From assembly GCA_041821665.1 (NCBI GenBank), contig JBGUDT010000003.1:71403-112326 (forward strand): a stretch of DNA of 40,924 bases. Reading direction: 5' to 3'. The notes beneath the pieces are model-generated. The model saw nothing but the letters and a program-made list of their open reading frames with translations, did not search any database and had not been told where the DNA came from. Position numbers and translations under genes: made by a program. This document shows, in pieces, positions 18,404-28,637 of this stretch. The stretch comes from Anaerolineales bacterium. GTDB taxonomy: Bacteria > Chloroflexota > Anaerolineae > Anaerolineales > E44-bin32. Every line of letters begins with the position of its first letter. The stretch's first letter is position 1.

Positions 18404-19678
18404 ATGCATAGACAGGGTTGGGCAAGCCGGATTCTTTGGATTGGCTGGAGAGGATTTTTATTCGTCTTGGTACTTCTGCTGCTTGCGGGAAGCACGCTGC
18501 AGTCGGTGGACGTAAACGATCATATCCAGCGATTTACACGCTCACATGAGTTTAATTTTCTGAGTTGGACGCTGGATGCCTTTACCGTCAAAGTTGGGCA
18601 ATGGGGTCTCGGTTTATCCTCCTATCTAGACGAGACAGACCAGGAGGTCATCGTGTTGGACTACATCCAGCTCGTGGATGAAGTGCAAAGTGAAGAACGC
18701 TATCTCGAAGAAATCTTGGGTGACCCGGATATCGACGAGGTGGCACCCCTGGTCGATGCCCAGACAGACGTGCTGAGCACGCTGCGAAGCCAGGAAGCGA
18801 ATCTCCAACCCGTTGCTGAAAGTATCCTTCAAGAGCAAATCGCGTTCATGGTTTCTGAGCTAGGAATCGAATTAGTCGGTGTACCCATGCCGCCAGTTGC
18901 ATTTCAATTTTCACCCCTTCCACACGCCTTGATCGTCTCCCCGAGAGAGGTTATTCGTCAGGATGCGAATATCTCCCTGGATACCGAGATGTCTCTTGAG
19001 GAAAAGGTCGAGCTTGAATCAAAGGTGGAAGCATCGCTTGACGTGTCGACTCTCGTTGTGCCAGTCGGAGGTTTAGGCACCTACCCCACCATGGTGCAGG
19101 AGAGCTCATCCTTGAGTTGGGTGGTTGAGGTGGTGGCTCATGAATGGATCCATAATTATTTGAGCCTCCGTCCACTCGGTGTACGCTACAGCGAGAGTGC
19201 GGAATTACGCACGATGAATGAAACCACGGCGAATCTCATGGGTAAGGAGATCGGACACCAAGTTCTCGAACAACATTATGCCTTTCTTATCCCAGAAGAA
19301 AGTCCAACACAACCCAACGAACCGGATGATCCTCCCGAATTTGATTTTCGCGCTGAAATGCGCGAAACGAGGGTTATGGTGGATGAGCTTCTGGATAAAG
19401 GATTCATTGAAGAGGCTGAAACGTATATGGAAGAGAGGCGTGGGGTGTTCTGGGAGCATGGATACAGAATTCGACGCCTGAATCAGGCTTACTTTGCTTT
19501 TCATGGCGCTTATGCGGATGTCCCAGGTGGAGCGGCAGGGGATGATCCCGTGGGGGAAGCTGTCCGCCAGCTCTGGGATGTCCTTGATGATCCGAAAGAA
19601 TTCCTGCGCCGGATGGGCACGATGACGAGCTTTGAGGATCTTCAAGTGGAGCTTAAGGCGTATTCCACCAATCCGTGA
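18404..19678 (+). CDS. Membrane-anchored hypothetical protein, putative zinc metallopeptidase
   Basis: N-terminal TM/signal; VVAHEWIH (HExxH) followed ~20 aa later by NETTA, a gluzincin-like arrangement. Confidence 0.75.
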   Translation: MHRQGWASRILWIGWRGFLFVLVLLLLAGSTLQSVDVNDHIQRFTRSHEFNFLSWTLDAFTVKVGQWGLGLSSYLDETDQEVIVLDYIQLVDEVQSEERYLEEILGDPDIDEVAPLVDAQTDVLSTLRSQEANLQPVAESILQEQIAFMVSELGIELVGVPMPPVAFQFSPLPHALIVSPREVIRQDANISLDTEMSLEEKVELESKVEASLDVSTLVVPVGGLGTYPTMVQESSSLSWVVEVVAHEWIHNYLSLRPLGVRYSESAELRTMNETTANLMGKEIGHQVLEQHYAFLIPEESPTQPNEPDDPPEFDFRAEMRETRVMVDELLDKGFIEEAETYMEERRGVFWEHGYRIRRLNQAYFAFHGAYADVPGGAAGDDPVGEAVRQLWDVLDDPKEFLRRMGTMTSFEDLQVELKAYSTNP

Positions 19679-20798
19679 TCAAAGCGGAGATGAGAGCGGT
19701 TCTTGCCGGGAGAGTTCCTTTCTCAATTCTCTCGTCACTTGAGTGTGCACCCTTTCCAATGGCGCCAAGCCCATCGAGGATCGGGATCCCCAGTGGGGCG
19801 ACGAAATTGGCATCAGATCCCCCGCCAGTCCCTCCTTCGGTTAATTTAAGTCCGACTTTTACAGCGATGGATCGTGCCTTTTCGAAGGTCTCTCCGATCA
19901 GGGGTGATCGCTCCATCGGTGGACGGTTCCATCCACCTGTGACATAAATCTCTGCGCCTGGGAGTTTGGGGTTCAAATGTTGCAGCGCTTCGGCAACGCG
20001 CTCACCCTCTGTGAAAGTTTTTGACCTTACATCGACTCGAGTTCGGCACATCTGAGGGACCACGTTAGAGCGGGTTCCTCCCTCGATTACGCCGATATTA
20101 ATGGTAGTCTCACCCTCATCGTTCTGCAGCTCAAGGATCCCAGGTATTTGCAGGCTCATTTCCACGATGGCATTCACACCGTCTTCAATGGAAGCACCAG
20201 CATGTGCCGACACACCACGTGTTTCAATGGTGTAATTGCTGATCCCCTTTCTCCATGTTTTCAACGAACCATCACGCAATGCGGGTTCCATACAGAAAAC
20301 AACGTTATGCCCTCGGGCCAGCTCCTCGATGAGCTCACGCGATGTCTGGCTTCCAGTCTCTTCGTCGGATGTGCAAAGCATGCTCAATCTGGCTGGAGGG
20401 AACAGTCCTGCATCCCGTGAAGCTCTGATGGCTATCAGCGCCATGGCAATGCTGGCCTTCATGTCCAACACACCCGGACCCATGATGTAATCCTCGCTCT
20501 CACGCCAGGGCATCGCCTCCAGTGTCCCGTGTGGATAGACGGTGTCTAGATGGAACATGAGCAACATTCCATCGTCGCCCTCGCCCCACGATCCGAGCCA
20601 ATGGTCACCGACTTCGCTTTGTGGATATCGCTCCACGATGGCACCCAGTTCTCCCATCTCCTCCGCCACTTTCTCCCCAAGAGCATCGACGTCGTGTTTC
20701 GATGGTGTGGGAGATTCCTGCTTAACCAGGTCCTCCAGGAGCTGGATGAGAGCCGGCATATGGGTCTCGAAATGTGAGATTGGAAGCAGATGAGTCAT
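19653..20798 (-). CDS. M20 family metallopeptidase (carboxypeptidase G2-like)
   Basis: HLDTV, GPGVLDMK, DEETGS, GGSDANF, GAHSSDE; start set at MTHLLP. Confidence 0.9.
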   Translation of the reverse strand: MTHLLPISHFETHMPALIQLLEDLVKQESPTPSKHDVDALGEKVAEEMGELGAIVERYPQSEVGDHWLGSWGEGDDGMLLMFHLDTVYPHGTLEAMPWRESEDYIMGPGVLDMKASIAMALIAIRASRDAGLFPPARLSMLCTSDEETGSQTSRELIEELARGHNVVFCMEPALRDGSLKTWRKGISNYTIETRGVSAHAGASIEDGVNAIVEMSLQIPGILELQNDEGETTINIGVIEGGTRSNVVPQMCRTRVDVRSKTFTEGERVAEALQHLNPKLPGAEIYVTGGWNRPPMERSPLIGETFEKARSIAVKVGLKLTEGGTGGGSDANFVAPLGIPILDGLGAIGKGAHSSDERIEKGTLPARTALISALITDWWNTP

Positions 20799-20873
20799 GA
20801 AACTTTTCCCCCTAAATGATGGCAATATCCACACTTAACGGGAGGAAGTTCGTACATGGAATGCGAGAGATTA

Positions 20874-22127
20874 CTACCCATAGGGACACATATCTTCAGC
20901 AGTATACGTCTTATTGGCGTAGCCATAGTACAGCGGCTCGATGATGGTTTGGCTGTTCTCACGGGCATACTCAATGGCGGCGCGGCAAGCTGACGACCAG
21001 TCCTGACCTTCTGAAAATGTTTCCCAGAACACTCCGGCGAGATCTGAGTATGCAGAACCCTCCGTGCCAGGAGGGTGCGCACTCTGCAGCTGTGCGAAGG
21101 GATTCTGTGTTTTCGCCTCCCCGTCCAGCAACAAGGTAATCAGACCTATACGATAGTAGGCATAAGCGCTGAGGTTTGCACCTCCCGAGATCCAGTCGGA
21201 AAGCTCATCATCCTGAACCACCTTCAGAAATGCCTCTTTAGCCGCCTCCAATTCGTCCGAGGCAAACAACTCGTCAGCAACGTGGATTTGATGGATGCGG
21301 TATTCTGGGTCTTGATAATCATCCATGGCTTTGACGAATAGATCTTGTTCGTCGGACCAACTCCATGTCCGGGTAAATTGCCTGAAGGGTCCTGCACCGG
21401 CCGAACCGATACCGGTCGCGGTGATTCCAATCATGAATCGACCATTTTCAAGTGGTCCGTAGAGCTTAAACTCCGGATTGGGCAGGTCGTCCGTAGGACC
21501 CGTGAACAAATCGCGCATACCCCCCTCACGCCAGGCGAGCGCCTCAACCTCGAGAAAGCACGTATGTGCGCCGCAGTGTCTACTGGAAACCAACAAATCG
21601 GTCATCCCGTCCCCGTCTAGATCTTGTGCAGAGAGGTGAGGAGGGCTAGCTGCAGCATCATCGTACACTTGTTGATGTGCGATTTCACACCGATCGGATT
21701 CACATTCGATGACGAGGACAAGGCTGTAGGAGACTGTGTTGTCCAAATCCAGCGCGCTTAGAGCAAGTGCGAGGTCCACCTCCCCGTCTCCGTTGACCTC
21801 CATATCGATGAGATCGATTTGCCAATTCTTTGCACCTACAAGTTTCTCCATTTCGACTCGTAATCCATGAAGTCCTACTTGCCGTAAATATGTTTCGATA
21901 GCCGGCGCCCAGGTCTCGGGCGCCTCGGGGTTCAAATCAAGGTAGAAACTTAGAGATGTGTTTGTATTGATCGAGTGAACAGGCAGCTCACTTGTTTGCG
22001 TCACACGTTCCAGTAGATCTATGGGGTCAGGTGGTATGGGAGTGGGATCCACGGCGACGGATGATGCACAAGAGGTGAGGAAAAGCAGGAAAAGTAAGTA
22101 ACTGGCTAGTTGAAACATTCTTTTCAT
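20874..22127 (-). CDS. Putative lipoprotein with DxDGDG-type motifs and TPR-like C-terminus
   Basis: Signal peptide with lipobox LTSC; EVNGDGEVD and DLDGDGMTD; CGAHTC; helical C-terminus. Confidence 0.75.
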   Translation of the reverse strand: MKRMFQLASYLLFLLFLTSCASSVAVDPTPIPPDPIDLLERVTQTSELPVHSINTNTSLSFYLDLNPEAPETWAPAIETYLRQVGLHGLRVEMEKLVGAKNWQIDLIDMEVNGDGEVDLALALSALDLDNTVSYSLVLVIECESDRCEIAHQQVYDDAAASPPHLSAQDLDGDGMTDLLVSSRHCGAHTCFLEVEALAWREGGMRDLFTGPTDDLPNPEFKLYGPLENGRFMIGITATGIGSAGAGPFRQFTRTWSWSDEQDLFVKAMDDYQDPEYRIHQIHVADELFASDELEAAKEAFLKVVQDDELSDWISGGANLSAYAYYRIGLITLLLDGEAKTQNPFAQLQSAHPPGTEGSAYSDLAGVFWETFSEGQDWSSACRAAIEYARENSQTIIEPLYYGYANKTYTAEDMCPYG

Positions 22128-22326
22128 AATCAGGTCCGTTTTGTGAGTAAATGCCGCTACTCCATTGAGTCTAAATGATGCGTGGCACTTCTACAACCAT
22201 GGACTATTTTCCTGCAGTTCAGAGATTCCTACCGATGCGTATCTGACTGTGATCGTGGGAGATTATGAAGCTGGTGTTTTTGCGGATTTTTATCTTCGAG
22301 TGCTGAGAATGGCTTATACTGAATGC

Positions 22327-24552
22327 ATGGATGCCATCTTTCCGGTTGGCACATCGTCAATACATCCTGGTCCGCTGGCTCGGTTTCTCCCACCAGTAGA
22401 TGATGGAGTGATTGCGCGCATTCTGGCGCGGATTCCAGAAGGTGAAACCCCTCTGCTCGATCCGTTCGGCGTTTCACCGCGTGTGGCTTTGGAAACTGCT
22501 GCTTCTGGACGAGCATTGATTGTCGCAGCGAATAACCCGGTCACGCGCTTTGTGATCAAGCGCACCTTGCGGCCGTTCGAAAAGACGACACTCCAGTCGG
22601 CTCTTGCACACATCGCAGCAATCCCAAAAGACGACACGAGGCTGGAATTGTTCATCCTCGACTTATATCGATCAGAATGCAATCGATGTGGGGAATCTGT
22701 GATCGTCGATTACTTTGTTTGGGATCGCGAACTTGGCGGACCTTCCGACAAAGTTTATGGGTGTGATAGTTGTGGGCACACAGGTGAAACCCCAACCTCA
22801 GAGGATGATTGGATCAGATCCGCCGATTATTCTCGGCATGGATTGCAGTACGCTCTAGCATTGGAACAAGTCGCCTCCCCGGATGATCCCGACCGCACAC
22901 ATGCTGAGGCAGCGCTCTCGGTATATCCTGGGCGAGCGATCTTCGGTCTGATCACTCTGGTAAATAAGCTCAATCAGACAAACATCGCAGAACCCCTGGC
23001 AAGTGCAGCCGATGCCCTGCTCCTTTCGGCGTTTGATGAAGCTAATGCCTTGTGGGGACACCCTGAGGGTCGTGCCAGGCCAAAGCAATTAATCGCTTCT
23101 CAGAAATACCGCGAGCATAATGTTTGGCTCGCATTGGAGCGGGGCGTGGAAGCCTGGACGATGCCGGACCATGACATCGATGTCATGGCCTGGCCAGCCA
23201 GTGAAGATCTCGCCCCAGGATGTGTCGCCATCTACCCTGGTCCCATCCGTGAATTTGTGCAAACTCTTCCTTCTTTATCCGTGAACACAATCCTGACCAT
23301 ACCTCCTCGTCCAAACCAGGCCTTCTGGACACTGTCTGCACTCTGGTCGGCCTGGTTATGGGGCAGGGAAGAGGCTGGATCGATTAAGGTCGCCTTACGG
23401 AGGCGTAGATATGATTGGTCCTGGCATGCAAGCGCATTGAAGACTGCGCTTGTGTCCCTTGAACCTGCCCTTGCAGAAGGAGCGAGTACTTTTGCCTATG
23501 TTCCTGAAGCAGAACCGGGGTTTATGGCCTCCGTTCTCTCCGGTTTTGATGGCGCAGGACATCGTTTACACGAAAGTGCGTATCGGAGTGCTGAGCGGCA
23601 GGCTTATTTTACATGGATGATGGATGCATCTGTGTCCGATGAAGCACCTGATGTCGTCCGCTCAACCTTCGAATCTGCATCAAAGATCACTCTTGAGTCT
23701 CGTGGGGAACCAGCGACATACGCCACGCTTCACGTCGCTGGCTGGTCAAAACTGGCACTTGCAAGGGCTCTCGCTCCGAGGCTGGAATCTTCCCTGCGAC
23801 ACCCGTTAACGCATATTGATGAAATCTTCGAAGAGGTACTTTCTGACCGTGACATGTTCCAGCATTTGGGTCGTGGAATGGAACCTGAGAGTGGTCAATA
23901 TTGGTTGGTTGATACGGGAGAAACTGACCCACCCCTTTCCGATCAGGTGGAAATCCTTGTTTTGCAATTCTTACGTGAAAACGAGGGCATCGCTGCCGAT
24001 GAGCTTGAAGCGCTGATCTGCCGAGAACTGCGAGGTGTGTTAACCCCTGACGGCAGGTATATACGAGTTTGTTTGCAGTCCTATGCTGAACCTGATGCCA
24101 ATCTCGGGGTCTGGCGATTGAGGTCCGAAGATAAATCGGATGCACGGATCAGGGATCGGGATGAAATCATAAACTCGCTTCATGATTTAGGGGCGCACCT
24201 GGGTTATAGTGTCATAGGAAATGAGGATATCGGCTGGTTGGATAAGGGGGGCGCGGAAAAGTACCGCTTTCATGTCATGGAGACTGCTTCACTAGGAAAG
24301 CTATTCACCGAGGTGGATGATGGCGGTGTTCTCACCACCTATGTCGTCCCCGGAGGTCGTGCTCTCCTCGTAGCCGACAGAGCTCGCCGCGACATCAGGA
24401 TTCGCGATCTCATCCAGGACTCCTCAAGGGTGATCAAGTTCCGACATGTTCGCCGACTGGAAGCAGAGACCACGCTTACGCGTGAAAACTTCGCTGAACG
24501 TCTGCTCATTGACCCGCCCGAACAGCAAGATCCCCAGATGCCTCTTCTTTAA
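22327..24552 (+). CDS. DNA methyltransferase-like protein with degenerate motifs and a Zn ribbon
   Basis: Start set at MDAIF (6 nt after TATACT); LLDPFGVSP...NNP resembles motif I, CNRC...CDSC, SVNTILTIPPR at the DPPY position. Confidence 0.7.
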   Translation: MDAIFPVGTSSIHPGPLARFLPPVDDGVIARILARIPEGETPLLDPFGVSPRVALETAASGRALIVAANNPVTRFVIKRTLRPFEKTTLQSALAHIAAIPKDDTRLELFILDLYRSECNRCGESVIVDYFVWDRELGGPSDKVYGCDSCGHTGETPTSEDDWIRSADYSRHGLQYALALEQVASPDDPDRTHAEAALSVYPGRAIFGLITLVNKLNQTNIAEPLASAADALLLSAFDEANALWGHPEGRARPKQLIASQKYREHNVWLALERGVEAWTMPDHDIDVMAWPASEDLAPGCVAIYPGPIREFVQTLPSLSVNTILTIPPRPNQAFWTLSALWSAWLWGREEAGSIKVALRRRRYDWSWHASALKTALVSLEPALAEGASTFAYVPEAEPGFMASVLSGFDGAGHRLHESAYRSAERQAYFTWMMDASVSDEAPDVVRSTFESASKITLESRGEPATYATLHVAGWSKLALARALAPRLESSLRHPLTHIDEIFEEVLSDRDMFQHLGRGMEPESGQYWLVDTGETDPPLSDQVEILVLQFLRENEGIAADELEALICRELRGVLTPDGRYIRVCLQSYAEPDANLGVWRLRSEDKSDARIRDRDEIINSLHDLGAHLGYSVIGNEDIGWLDKGGAEKYRFHVMETASLGKLFTEVDDGGVLTTYVVPGGRALLVADRARRDIRIRDLIQDSSRVIKFRHVRRLEAETTLTRENFAERLLIDPPEQQDPQMPLL

Positions 24553-24709
24553 TCGATGGACTAATCCACCCCCCTGAAATCCTCGATAAATTCAACACCG
24601 AATGGCTTAACAGACTCGCGTCACCAAATTTTTATACATCGAGGACGTGCGGCTGGAGATGTGCGCTGTGGCAGCATGTGTCGGGCGCATTCCCCGCGCC
24701 ATGCCTGGT

Positions 24710-27700
24710 CTAAGGAGGTGTGGGCGATGCTGTTGGTGTGGGCGATGCTGTTGGTGTGGGCGTTACTGTGTCCGTCGGCAGAGCCGTGCTCGTTTGCGTG
24801 GGCGTGGGTGTCGTGGTCATCGTTGGTGTGGGAATTGGTGTTGGTGTCGGTTGTAAGATTTCGAGTGGTAGGGTGACGGAAGCTTTCCCACCGCGTTTGC
24901 TGCGGACAGTCAGACGCAAAATAACCCGTCCATTTCCAATTCCACGGATATCCCAATCGAACAGCTTCTCGGGTTGTTCAAAGGGCGTATCGCTCTTGAT
25001 GAGATCTGGCCACCCGGAAGAACCGTTGTCTTCCTTGTATTCGAGGACCCAGTCTTTGAAATCTGAAGTCCCAGCTGCTCGACCAAACAAAGAAAGCGGG
25101 CTTTGAAAAATAAGGGAGCCCGGATTAGGATCCGTAAACGCGATGATGGGTCGGGGGCTGTCTTCCGTACACAATTCGCTTGGGATAAAGAAGACTTCGT
25201 CCTCTTCGAACCCCAACTCTTCCGCCCACGCCTTACCTTCTTTATCCTCCTCCAGCCATTCCCTGGCCCAGGGATCATCCACTTTTATGCCCAGTTTCTC
25301 GTCAGCAAAGTCGGGACACTCCGCGGAGGCGAGTTCAAGGGAGTACGTGTCGATCCAGGCCTCTCGCCACAGGTCCTCCTCTTTCGGAAGGGGAGGTTGG
25401 TCATGAGAAAAAATTTCGGATCGTTGTTCTGGGCACCATTCTGAAGGTTTCGCACCAGAGAGGGTACAAATCACTTCATCGATAATTCCCGGCGGACGGG
25501 AAAAACTCTTAGGTTGACCGTTTGAGAGCCGGTCGGCGGCAAATTGCATTACCTCATTCCAAATTGGTGCGGCGCCGCTCAAACCTGATGTTTTTTCCAT
25601 GGGCGTGTAGTCGGCGTTCCCCACCCATACACCTACTGCAAAATCGGGCGTATACCCCAGGGTCCAGTTATCCCGGAAGTCGTTGGTCGTACCCGTCTTC
25701 GCTGCCGCCTGGAACGGGAGTCGTAAATCCGAGTTAGGGCCGAATGCAGGCGTGCGAGCCGCATTATCGCTTAGGATGTCTGAAATTATATATGCATGTT
25801 CAGGCCGGATCACCTGGTCGCCCTCCGGCTGCTCGAATTCGTATAACAGTGCGCCCGCGCTATCTTCGATACGGAGAATGCCCGTCGGTGGGACTCTCGA
25901 ACCGCCATTTGCATAGGTGGCGTAAACGGATGTGAGCTCGAGCAGCGAGACGTCGCCGCCGCCGAGCGTCAAACTTAATCCGAAGTCGTCTCTCGTGAAG
26001 GTCGTGATCCCAACCCGTTCAGCGAAGGACACAAGTCCTTCCTTTTCAGAGGTGGTTGGATCATCGTAGATACCTACAAAGTCAAGTGCTTTCACTGCGG
26101 GGATGTTGTATGAATTTGCCAGTGCTGAGCGGACCAGGGCAGGTCCGTGGAAGCGCTCGTCGTAGTTAACCGGTTCATAGGGTGGCCGGGGATCATCGGG
26201 ATTCCCGGATGGGGGAAACTCTGAAGGGACATCCCAGATGAGCGTCGCCGGCGTCCAGCCTTTCTCAAATGCAGCCGTATAGGTGAGCGGTTTAAATGAG
26301 GACCCGGGCTGCCGAGGGTGAACAGCCATGTTTATCTGACCGTCGATATCTTCATTGTTAAAATCAGGAGAACCGACCATGGCGAGAATCTCGCCGGTTG
26401 TAGGGCGAATCGTAACTAGGGCGCCATTTGTAGCGCGGTGATCTGCCAGGGATTCGACCTGAGCCCGGACGGTCTCCTGCGCTTTCACCTGGAGGACAGG
26501 ATCGATGGTGGTATATACCGTGAAGCCCGAACGATAGATGGTTTGAGGATCGTAAAGCTGCTCCAGTTCGCCGCGAATGAAGTTCACCCAGTGAGGGAAT
26601 TGCATCTCGAATGTTGGGGGCTGGAACTCATAGTTCGTGGTCTCAGCGGCGGCAGCGCCCGCCTCTTCAGGCGGTATACAGATCGGCTGCTGTGCATTAC
26701 TAACATAAATACAACCTTGTTCCAGGGAGGCTTCCATCATCAAGGTGAGAACTTGACGCTGTCGGTTAAGGGTGGCATCCCGGTTCGTGTAGATATTGTA
26801 GACGGATGGCGCCTGGACCAAACCTGCCAGGAAGGAAGCCTGAGAGAGGGTCAGTTTATCCGCTGTAGTATCAAAATAGGTTTCCGCGGCTGCTTCAACA
26901 CCATAAGCAAGGTTGCCGAAAAAACTCTGGTTTAAATAAAGCTCAAGAATGTCGTCCTTGGAATAGCGTCTGGTGATTTCTGCCGCGAGCAGGATTTCTC
27001 TGGTCTTTCTTCTAGCTGATATGCGCGCTCTCTCCTCCGGGGTGAAAAGGAGGTTCCTTGCCACCTGCTGGGTAATTGTAGAAGCGCCTGAAACGACTTC
27101 CCCTTGCGAGTAGTTCTGCCAAAGCGCCCGGACGATGGCTGCCAGGTCGAAACCGGGGTTGCTGTAGAATTGTGAATCTTCCGTAGCGACAATGGCCGCA
27201 ACCAGGTAAGGGGAAATTTCATCAATGGGCACATAGGTTCGTCGCCCAGCCTGTGGATCTAGAATCTCATAGAGTAGATTGCCCTCTCGGTCGAGGATGC
27301 GGGTGGTTTCAAACTGTGCCGCGTGCGTCTCTAAATCTTCCACCGAAGGTAGTGTTGAGGCCAGTGAGAAATACTGATAAAGCCCGAAGGAAGTGATACC
27401 AATAATCGCTGCAGCGAAGATGAATATACCCAGGATCGCCATGCGCAGCAGACAGCCACCGCAGCTGCGGGGTTTCATCGTCCCCTGGGGTGGAATCTGC
27501 CCCGAGTTTGCGTCGGAAACATATGCTGTCGTACTCACACGAGTAGCGCCAAGATCCGCTTCAGTTACCCGTTTCGGGAGATCCTGCTGGGCAGCTACGG
27601 GGGGGGAGCTGGGAGGGGTATCGGAGTCGGGATGGATTTCAGTTTGGTTTTGCGGCGTCTCATCCTGGAGGGCGGACTGACTTTCTGGCAGGAACGAATC

Positions 27701-27946
27701 GGCCATCCACCCGCCCGTCAGGTCCGGCGTTCCAGTTGGATGACGAGATGGCATCGAAGCATCAGGGATATCTTCAAAGTTATCGTTTCCCTGTTGAGAT
27801 GCGTCATCAAGACCACGCGAAGCATTCTCCCCGAGAGGCTCGATATTCGGTGGTTGCGTGGATTGAGATTCGCCTCTTGGTTCAGAGCTTACTTCAGATT
27901 CCTCGGAGGAGGGATCCTTAAGGGGAGGATCGGTGTTTTCCATCAC
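24710..27946 (-). CDS. Class A penicillin-binding protein (transglycosylase/transpeptidase)
   Basis: EDSQFY, GASTITQQ, RKTRE, LYLN..FG; SSFK, SYN, KTGT; long low-complexity N-terminus and Thr/Pro tail. Confidence 0.93.
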   Translation of the reverse strand: MMENTDPPLKDPSSEESEVSSEPRGESQSTQPPNIEPLGENASRGLDDASQQGNDNFEDIPDASMPSRHPTGTPDLTGGWMADSFLPESQSALQDETPQNQTEIHPDSDTPPSSPPVAAQQDLPKRVTEADLGATRVSTTAYVSDANSGQIPPQGTMKPRSCGGCLLRMAILGIFIFAAAIIGITSFGLYQYFSLASTLPSVEDLETHAAQFETTRILDREGNLLYEILDPQAGRRTYVPIDEISPYLVAAIVATEDSQFYSNPGFDLAAIVRALWQNYSQGEVVSGASTITQQVARNLLFTPEERARISARRKTREILLAAEITRRYSKDDILELYLNQSFFGNLAYGVEAAAETYFDTTADKLTLSQASFLAGLVQAPSVYNIYTNRDATLNRQRQVLTLMMEASLEQGCIYVSNAQQPICIPPEEAGAAAAETTNYEFQPPTFEMQFPHWVNFIRGELEQLYDPQTIYRSGFTVYTTIDPVLQVKAQETVRAQVESLADHRATNGALVTIRPTTGEILAMVGSPDFNNEDIDGQINMAVHPRQPGSSFKPLTYTAAFEKGWTPATLIWDVPSEFPPSGNPDDPRPPYEPVNYDERFHGPALVRSALANSYNIPAVKALDFVGIYDDPTTSEKEGLVSFAERVGITTFTRDDFGLSLTLGGGDVSLLELTSVYATYANGGSRVPPTGILRIEDSAGALLYEFEQPEGDQVIRPEHAYIISDILSDNAARTPAFGPNSDLRLPFQAAAKTGTTNDFRDNWTLGYTPDFAVGVWVGNADYTPMEKTSGLSGAAPIWNEVMQFAADRLSNGQPKSFSRPPGIIDEVICTLSGAKPSEWCPEQRSEIFSHDQPPLPKEEDLWREAWIDTYSLELASAECPDFADEKLGIKVDDPWAREWLEEDKEGKAWAEELGFEEDEVFFIPSELCTEDSPRPIIAFTDPNPGSLIFQSPLSLFGRAAGTSDFKDWVLEYKEDNGSSGWPDLIKSDTPFEQPEKLFDWDIRGIGNGRVILRLTVRSKRGGKASVTLPLEILQPTPTPIPTPTMTTTPTPTQTSTALPTDTVTPTPTASPTPTASPTPP
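24717..24762. repeat. 18-bp tandem repeat (~2.5 copies) encoding the TASPTP tail of the PBP
   Basis: ggtgtgggcgatgctgtt twice, then ggtgtgggcg. Confidence 0.85.
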
Positions 27947-28036
27947 GGCGGCTGATTATAGCATGCAGTCCAGTTACCCGAATTAAGGGGTTGATGAGTG
28001 CCTTCACTGTTGATGACCTCTCATCCAAAACACTGC

Positions 28037-28507
28037 TCAGGCTTCCTCTTTACTCACGACCAGCACGTTCCAACGCCCCCTCATCACTGTCTCGTCGTCC
28101 TGGTTCTGTACTTTTATGCTGAGAGTGACGCCCCCACCACCCAGCCTTGGCAAGGATTTTTTCTCTTCGACTTCCATCACAACATGGATCGTGTCACCGA
28201 TAAATACAGGCTTGCTGAATTTCCACGAAAGGATTTCGCGGAATGCAATCACCGTCCCTTCCAAGACCCCTGTTCGAACCGCAAGTCCCGAGACGATGGA
28301 GACGATCAGCAAACCGTGAGCCACACGCTGCCCGAATACGGTCTCCTTTGAATACTCGGCATCCGTGTGGATGGTGTTGTAGTCTCCAGCCAGACCCGCA
28401 AAGTTGACGATATCAGCTTCCGTGATCGTCCGACCTGGGCTGACGACTCCTTGGCCGACCTCGAATTCTTCGAAATAGTAGCCGCTGGGTTGTGAACGTT
28501 GGGTCAT
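28037..28507 (-). CDS. MaoC-family dehydratase
   Basis: Start MTQRSQ (RBS AGGAG); FAGLAGDYNTIH.D, AHGLL, F.KPVFIGDT. Confidence 0.92.
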   Translation of the reverse strand: MTQRSQPSGYYFEEFEVGQGVVSPGRTITEADIVNFAGLAGDYNTIHTDAEYSKETVFGQRVAHGLLIVSIVSGLAVRTGVLEGTVIAFREILSWKFSKPVFIGDTIHVVMEVEEKKSLPRLGGGGVTLSIKVQNQDDETVMRGRWNVLVVSKEEA

Positions 28508-28637
28508 CCTTTTCCTCCTAACCAAAACTTGAATAATTCTAGCATGATCTCCTGTTGTATTAAGTGGAGGGTCTCTCCGTTTTGTTGAATTTCTTGCTTT
28601 CCTTCCTTTTTCAACGCTGCTTCTTTACAATGTTTGC

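Noticed and set aside
18221-18409. N-terminal extension of the epimerase ORF
   Set aside because: The Rossmann motif begins right after ATG 18220; the extension covers two divergent promoters.
22165-22326. 54-aa N-terminal extension of the MTase-like ORF
   Set aside because: TTG start without RBS; a -10 box sits 6 nt before ATG 22327, and the region must also hold the divergent lipoprotein promoter.
24717-24850. Short repeats as a possible CRISPR array
   Set aside because: Tandem units without spacers that encode the PBP Thr-Pro tail; no cas genes.
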